64,000 nt of DNA from Myxococcota bacterium. Its GTDB lineage: Bacteria > Myxococcota_A > SURF-8. This document shows positions 59,112 to 64,000 of this stretch, in pieces. The position numbers and the translations under genes are program-made. Under the pieces are notes generated by a model. The model did not search any database and was not told the DNA's origin. It saw only the letters and a program-made list of their open reading frames with translations. The stretch lies in contig OZ223209.1 of the NCBI GenBank assembly GCA_965140415.1, forward strand, positions 3,328,001-3,392,000. Reading direction: 5' to 3'. The stretch's first letter is position 1. Each line of letters begins with the position of its first letter.

Positions 59112-59140
59112 TTCGACTCCATATCACTCGAAGACTTGCT

Positions 59141-59419
59141 CTAATCTCCGTTCAGCACATTCTTCAGAACCTGACTGGGCTTAAACGTCAAAACCCGTCG
59201 CGAACTGATTTCGATCTCTTCACCGGTTTGCGGGTTTCTGCCAACTCTCGATTTCTTTTCGCGAACGACAAAGTTCCCAAAACCGGAAATCTTTATTTTT
59301 TCGCCCTTTTCAAGCGTATCTTTAATGATGTCGAAGACCACTTCGACGATTTCCGCAGATTCCTTTTTCGAGAAACCGATCTTTTGATAGATGCTCTCGA
59401 TCAAATCGGCTTTCGTCAT
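59141..59419 (-). CDS. ihfA: Integration host factor alpha
   Basis: MTKADL...KISGFGNF...GRNPQTGEEI..RRVLTFKPS. Confidence 0.95.
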   Translation of the reverse strand: MTKADLIESIYQKIGFSKKESAEIVEVVFDIIKDTLEKGEKIKISGFGNFVVREKKSRVGRNPQTGEEIEISSRRVLTFKPSQVLKNVLNGD

Positions 59420-59458
59420 ACGGTCCTCCTTGTTCAGTCGAACTCAACCCAACCTATA

Positions 59459-59806
59459 TTAGGAACGCACTTCGTCTACCACAGCCTTGAAGCCACTAGG
59501 ATCCGTAACGGCGATGTCGGCCAGAACTTTCCGATCCAATTCCACACCGGCCTGATGCGCGGCATGAATGAACTTGCTGTAAGACATGTCATTCTGTCTC
59601 AATGCGGCGTTAATGCGCACAATCCACAACCGTCGGAAATTCCGCTTCCGAACGCGACGATCGCGAAACGCATAACACAGCGCCCGATCCACTGAATGCG
59701 CGGCTACGGTGAAAAGCTTGCTGCGAGCGCCACGAAAACCTTTCGCCAGCTTAAATACTTTTTGGCGACGATGACGCGCTTTGTATCCACGTTTTACTCG
59801 AGGCAT
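59459..59806 (-). CDS. rplT: 50S ribosomal protein L20
   Basis: MPRVKRG...AKGFRGARS...FRRLWIVRINAA...LDRKVLAD. Confidence 0.97.
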   Translation of the reverse strand: MPRVKRGYKARHRRQKVFKLAKGFRGARSKLFTVAAHSVDRALCYAFRDRRVRKRNFRRLWIVRINAALRQNDMSYSKFIHAAHQAGVELDRKVLADIAVTDPSGFKAVVDEVRS

Positions 59807-59823
59807 TTTCCGTAACTCCTATG

Positions 59824-60024
59824 TTAGCCCTTGTAGGGAAGAAGACCGATCAGACCACGCATATTGCTGGCATCGACTTCCGTACGCTTGCGCAAATTCC
59901 GGCAACGCTTGGTGGTTTTCTTCGTTAAAATGTGCGAATGAAACGCTTTCTTTCGCTTGACCGAACCCGAACTGCGCACTCGCAATCGTTTCGCCATCGC
60001 CCGGTTCGTTTTCATTTTCGGCAT
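59824..60024 (-). CDS. rpmI: 50S ribosomal protein L35
   Basis: MPKMKTNR...KR...HILTKKT.KR.RNLR. Confidence 0.96.
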   Translation of the reverse strand: MPKMKTNRAMAKRLRVRSSGSVKRKKAFHSHILTKKTTKRCRNLRKRTEVDASNMRGLIGLLPYKG

Positions 60025-60043
60025 TAAATCTCTCCCTGGTTAA

Positions 60044-60568
60044 TTACTTCTCAGCCTTCGGGCCAACCATCATAACCAAAGCACGACCTTCCATTCTAGG
60101 TTGTGCTTCGATCGCCACGGAATCTTGAACTTCTTCCATGACCTTGTTGATAACGGCAACGCCCAGTTCCGGATGAGTAATTTCTCTTCCGCTGTAGATG
60201 ACCGATATCTTGACCTTATTTCCTTCTTCAACAAAACGAAGCAGATGCTTGACTTTCGTTTTGATATCGTTTGCCTCGGTCTTCGTCCGAAGCTTCACTT
60301 CCTTAATCTGTATGGTGCTCTGCTTCTTTTTCGCCTCTTGCTTACGCTTGTTCAGCTGATACTTGTATTTGCCGTAATCCATGATCCGGCAAACAGGCGG
60401 TTCAGCGTTTGGCGAAACTTCAACCAGATCCAAACCTCGGTTCAACGCTTCCCGTAAAGCAGCCTCGATAGGCAAAACGCCCATCTGCCCCTCATCCGAT
60501 ATCACTCGAACTTGAGAGGCGCGAATCTGCTCGTTTACGTTAACCTTCTTCTCTTTTCCTTTTCCGAT
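60044..60568 (-). CDS. infC: Translation initiation factor IF-3, probable ATC start
   Basis: NEQIRA..VR, LDLVEVSPNAEPPVCRIMDYGKYKY, KEVK; GGAGG-N7-ATC. Confidence 0.93.
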   Translation of the reverse strand: MGKGKEKKVNVNEQIRASQVRVISDEGQMGVLPIEAALREALNRGLDLVEVSPNAEPPVCRIMDYGKYKYQLNKRKQEAKKKQSTIQIKEVKLRTKTEANDIKTKVKHLLRFVEEGNKVKISVIYSGREITHPELGVAVINKVMEEVQDSVAIEAQPRMEGRALVMMVGPKAEK

Positions 60569-60626
60569 GGTTGGTCCTCCTGCTACGAAAAGAAGCATCC
60601 ACTCTTTCTCTGCGGGCAAAAAAAAA

Positions 60627-60701
60627 TGGTAGGCACGGGCGGACTTGAACCGCCAACATCCACCACGTCAAGATGGCGCTCTACCCTTGAGCTACGTGCC
60701 T
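60627..60701 (-). tRNA. tRNA-Val(GAC)
   Basis: AGGCACG acceptor stem, anticodon loop TTGACGT, GGTTCAAGTCC, CCA end. Confidence 0.93.
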
Positions 60702-60890
60702 GTTTTTAATTGCCAAAAAAGCATTCCATCGCAGATCAAGCGAGATGATTCTTTACCAGACACCCATAAACCTGTCAAGAAAAATAACGCAACTATTTTT
60801 ATTGAATGTATTTTCACAGCGGGAAAACCTACCGAAATTTCGGAGAAAATGGCCTTCCCGCTCAGAAACCACTGCAAATAGCTGCCTTAC

Positions 60891-61778
60891 CTAGTTGGAA
60901 TTATTCATGATTCCAACAAAATCATCACTGATTGCCCAGTCATCCAGCTGAAAATACAGAACCGAAAGATTGTTTAACATCATGTAATTAAAAGCTTCGC
61001 TCCGTTTGATCAAACCTCGCAAAAATGCACCCGTTTTGACGTTTTTCTCTTTCGCCAAAGCAGAAATCAAGGCTTTTTCCGGTCCAGCACCACGAATTCG
61101 AAGCACAAGGCGAGTTTGCTTGATCTTGGCAAGACTGGAAAGCTTTTTAGGGGGATAATCCGCAGGCAGCGACACTTCCTTTAAATGATTGATTTTTCGA
61201 AGCATTTTTATCTGCTTGGCATCTAACTCTTCTCCATCGGGCACCACAATCGACAGCTCATACTGCCGAGTTTCATTCAGCTTGGAAATCACATCCGGAG
61301 TGAAATCCGCGCGAGACACTTCAAAAACTCGTCGTTTAGGCCCCATACCCAGCACTCTTCCAATGAAGCCGGAGTCCAGTTTATCCTTTTCGATACGAAA
61401 CATCACATCATATTCCGGCAGCACCGCCAAGCGTCTCAGGTGAGCACGTGTAAACGTCATCGGAAGCATCAAACGGACAGGCTTACCGAGATTTGCCACC
61501 TGGATCAACAAGGACTTGGCAGGGAATGCACCCTTTCCATCGACGATCACTCCCGCATTTGCGATCTCGGAAATTTTGTTCAGACTAGCGGCTTTGATGC
61601 CACGCTCTACAATAAAATACTTCTGAATATGTGAAAACATCAATGCCTTGCGTTCTTCTCCGGCAGTTTTCGGAGAAAACTTCTTTTTCGCTTTGGCATG
61701 ACCCTGGGTGGCCCCAAAAGAAATGAAACCAACCATCAGTAGCATGATAAACAGACAAAGTCCCCGTCGAGCAAACAT
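60891..61778 (-). CDS. Exported basic hypothetical protein
   Basis: Signal peptide ending AxA; GGAG RBS; 295 aa. Confidence 0.7.
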   Translation of the reverse strand: MFARRGLCLFIMLLMVGFISFGATQGHAKAKKKFSPKTAGEERKALMFSHIQKYFIVERGIKAASLNKISEIANAGVIVDGKGAFPAKSLLIQVANLGKPVRLMLPMTFTRAHLRRLAVLPEYDVMFRIEKDKLDSGFIGRVLGMGPKRRVFEVSRADFTPDVISKLNETRQYELSIVVPDGEELDAKQIKMLRKINHLKEVSLPADYPPKKLSSLAKIKQTRLVLRIRGAGPEKALISALAKEKNVKTGAFLRGLIKRSEAFNYMMLNNLSVLYFQLDDWAISDDFVGIMNNSN

Positions 61779-61798
61779 CCCAATCTCCTGTTTTGCGG

Positions 61799-64000
61799 CT
61801 AATTCAATCCCAATCGCTTCAACCGTTCTCTTCTTTCAAAGTAATATCCGACGTCAGGTCGGTCATTTGCAATATTATTCTGTTGATACGAATCATACCT
61901 GGTGTCATAGATTTCAATGCTTCTTCTACCATACAGATAGCGCCAGGCACCAACAGACAACAACCTTACACTTTTGCTCTGCTGGGAAGCTCCCATCGAA
62001 CTCCATAAAGGAGCATAGCCAAAAGCATATGGAACCAGACTTTCCGCATCAACCGACGAATCGATTTCTACTCCCAGCATCTGCAATACGGTCGAATAGA
62101 TCGAGCGCGATTCTATCACAGAATTCACGATTCTGGGAGCCCCAAATCCTCGCGGGTAGTAGATAATCAGGGGAACTCGAATCAGTTCGTCATACATACC
62201 ATGGCCATGCCCCATTTTTCCATGTTCTAAAAACTCATCGCCATGGTCAGCAACCAGAATGATCGCCGTCCGCTGCAAAATCCCCTTGCGGTCCAGTTGC
62301 TCGATCAGTTCTCCCATCTGGTCGTCATTGTATGTGATTTCACCATGATACAGGTTAACCAGCCGTCTCCAGTCCTTTTCCGCCAGTTTCACCTTTCCAC
62401 GGCTGATATCAGCGAGTAAATAGGCTGTCCGTGAAGGACGCACGATGCCGCTGTACGGCTCCGGGTCATATAAATGTAAAAACGGCTTTCTGGGATTGTA
62501 GGCTACATGAGGATCAATGGTGCCGAGCCACACGAAAAACGGCTTTTCCCAGATATTCTTTCGCTCCCACACAGGAAACATGGCTTTTAGCAGATATTCC
62601 GTACGATTCGGAAGCTGCTCACGAATCATGTTTCTTGAATAATCCCAGGCCTGGCCAAAACCGAACCGACTGGACACGTAACCGTTGGAAGAAAACGATC
62701 CGGTTACCACCTCTTTCCGATGTCGCTCGATGGCATCCACAATCATCACCGTGTCCGCAGTAGGCTTCGATTCCGCCTTCATCATGTTGATTTCCCAGGG
62801 ATATCTTCCAGTCATGATACCGGCCTGGGAAGGCTTCGACCAGTTCCCCTGTGAAATGGCATTTCGAAACACGGTTCCATTCTGCGCCAATGCATCGAAA
62901 TTCGGAGTGATAATCGGGTTGCCACTGGGTTTATAAAAGTTGATTTTATCCCAACGCAACGTATCGCTTAGAAACACGATCACATTATCCGGTGGAATCC
63001 ATTCATCAATCGGTTCCGGCGGATGGGCATTTTGCAGGTGAAGATCGATCAGTTCCACCGAATCACCGGAGCCGCCTCCCGTATGCCACAATTCCAGACG
63101 AATGATTTCTCCGACAAAATCGGACAAGTCAATGGAATACCAATAACCATGGTCCTCAAGCGGAAGCGTCAATGGCTTGGCAAATAACAATCGAGAGCGA
63201 TTCCCATGTTCGACCTTTACAAGCAAGGCTGCCGCTTTACTTGAATCCTCATGTCTTTTATATTGCAGACGCCATCTTAGAAACATCTTCATCGGTACAT
63301 GCAAATGGTAGCTGATTCCACTTTCGCTACCTAGCCGTAGCCTATCGCCATTGTTGTGAAAGGAAGCCTCTTGCACAGGCAATTTCACTTCACTGCCAGA
63401 CGGCATCTCCCCCTCTTGAGACCCAGCGACGTCATCGGCACGAAACCGAATGTAATCCAGCATGGGTTGTGGACCACTTCCATCGCTTCGAATCGCTACC
63501 TTATAATAGCCGGAAAGCGCTCCAAGAGGCAGGCTCGTCCGTTGCCACCCCTCCCCTTTCATCTCGATGACAAGCTCCGGCTTCCCGTCCCCGACATCAA
63601 CGCTCAAGCGCCTTTCTCCTCCGCGCTTAAACGATCTGACTTCCAAGGTATAGTGTTCATTTTCAGGAAGGAAAACAGAGAGAGTAGCCCTTTTGCCGGT
63701 CAGAGACTGGGTTTGGCTGTTATCGTCTTGTCTTTTCGTCTTAGACCATTGGCGAGAATTGCTTCGGCGTTGAAATTCCGGCGAGCCGATATCGAGAAGC
63801 AAGCCATGGTCGAAGTAGTCTGCATAATCGAGTAACTCGATCAGAGACTGCTTGTTCGCCTGCTGATAATCCAATTTGATCGGTTTGTAAGAAGAACGCG
63901 GGGCGCTTTCCGAAGAACTCCCACCCTGTTGAGTTAAAATGGGTGGCCGAGGAATCTCCAGTTCACCGGCACGTTGAGGGGTCAAGGAGTGATAAGAAGA
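61799..64000 (-). CDS. Sulfatase-like hydrolase, 5'-truncated by the window edge
   Basis: SDTLR, TPNFD.LA..G..F, WSKPSQ...TG.YP, DPH..Y, ADHGDEF.EHG..GHG; frame open to the window end. Confidence 0.85.
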   Translation of the reverse strand, partial: SSYHSLTPQRAGELEIPRPPILTQQGGSSSESAPRSSYKPIKLDYQQANKQSLIELLDYADYFDHGLLLDIGSPEFQRRSNSRQWSKTKRQDDNSQTQSLTGKRATLSVFLPENEHYTLEVRSFKRGGERRLSVDVGDGKPELVIEMKGEGWQRTSLPLGALSGYYKVAIRSDGSGPQPMLDYIRFRADDVAGSQEGEMPSGSEVKLPVQEASFHNNGDRLRLGSESGISYHLHVPMKMFLRWRLQYKRHEDSSKAAALLVKVEHGNRSRLLFAKPLTLPLEDHGYWYSIDLSDFVGEIIRLELWHTGGGSGDSVELIDLHLQNAHPPEPIDEWIPPDNVIVFLSDTLRWDKINFYKPSGNPIITPNFDALAQNGTVFRNAISQGNWSKPSQAGIMTGRYPWEINMMKAESKPTADTVMIVDAIERHRKEVVTGSFSSNGYVSSRFGFGQAWDYSRNMIREQLPNRTEYLLKAMFPVWERKNIWEKPFFVWLGTIDPHVAYNPRKPFLHLYDPEPYSGIVRPSRTAYLLADISRGKVKLAEKDWRRLVNLYHGEITYNDDQMGELIEQLDRKGILQRTAIILVADHGDEFLEHGKMGHGHGMYDELIRVPLIIYYPRGFGAPRIVNSVIESRSIYSTVLQMLGVEIDSSVDAESLVPYAFGYAPLWSSMGASQQSKSVRLLSVGAWRYLYGRRSIEIYDTRYDSYQQNNIANDRPDVGYYFERRERLKRLGLN

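Overview
Bacterial window, probably a deltaproteobacterial/Myxococcota-like host (inference from gene order and lipoprotein style). The right end (58.7-64 kb) is core chromosome: sulfatase, tRNA-Val, infC-rpmI-rplT-ihfA-merR, tRNA-Pro(GGG). thrS and pheST are missing from their usual places in this cluster. Leftward from the 3' end of tRNA-Pro lies a large, apparently decaying integrative element. Its replication region holds an Xis/AlpA HTH, a degenerate D5/P4-like protein, an amber-interrupted Rep-like gene followed by three 22-bp-period iteron-like repeats, and a 1515-aa primase-helicase-exonuclease-PolA fusion. Next come a cluster of transposase-derived HTH genes and a minus-strand backbone carrying all parts of a ubiquitin-like conjugation system: Ubl ending GG-AVAHQ, an E2 with Cys repeats, a JAB protease and a ThiF/E1. 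The E1 is separated from the other three by a ~22-kb cargo block (CheB/CheR signalling, nhaR-pfkA, stress and glycosylation genes, GGDEF). The left part has an McrBC-type defence operon with an extended McrC and two paralogous giant LamG/FGE-domain lipoproteins with mosaic, possibly diversified segments. All family calls come from motif reading only; no database searches were run.
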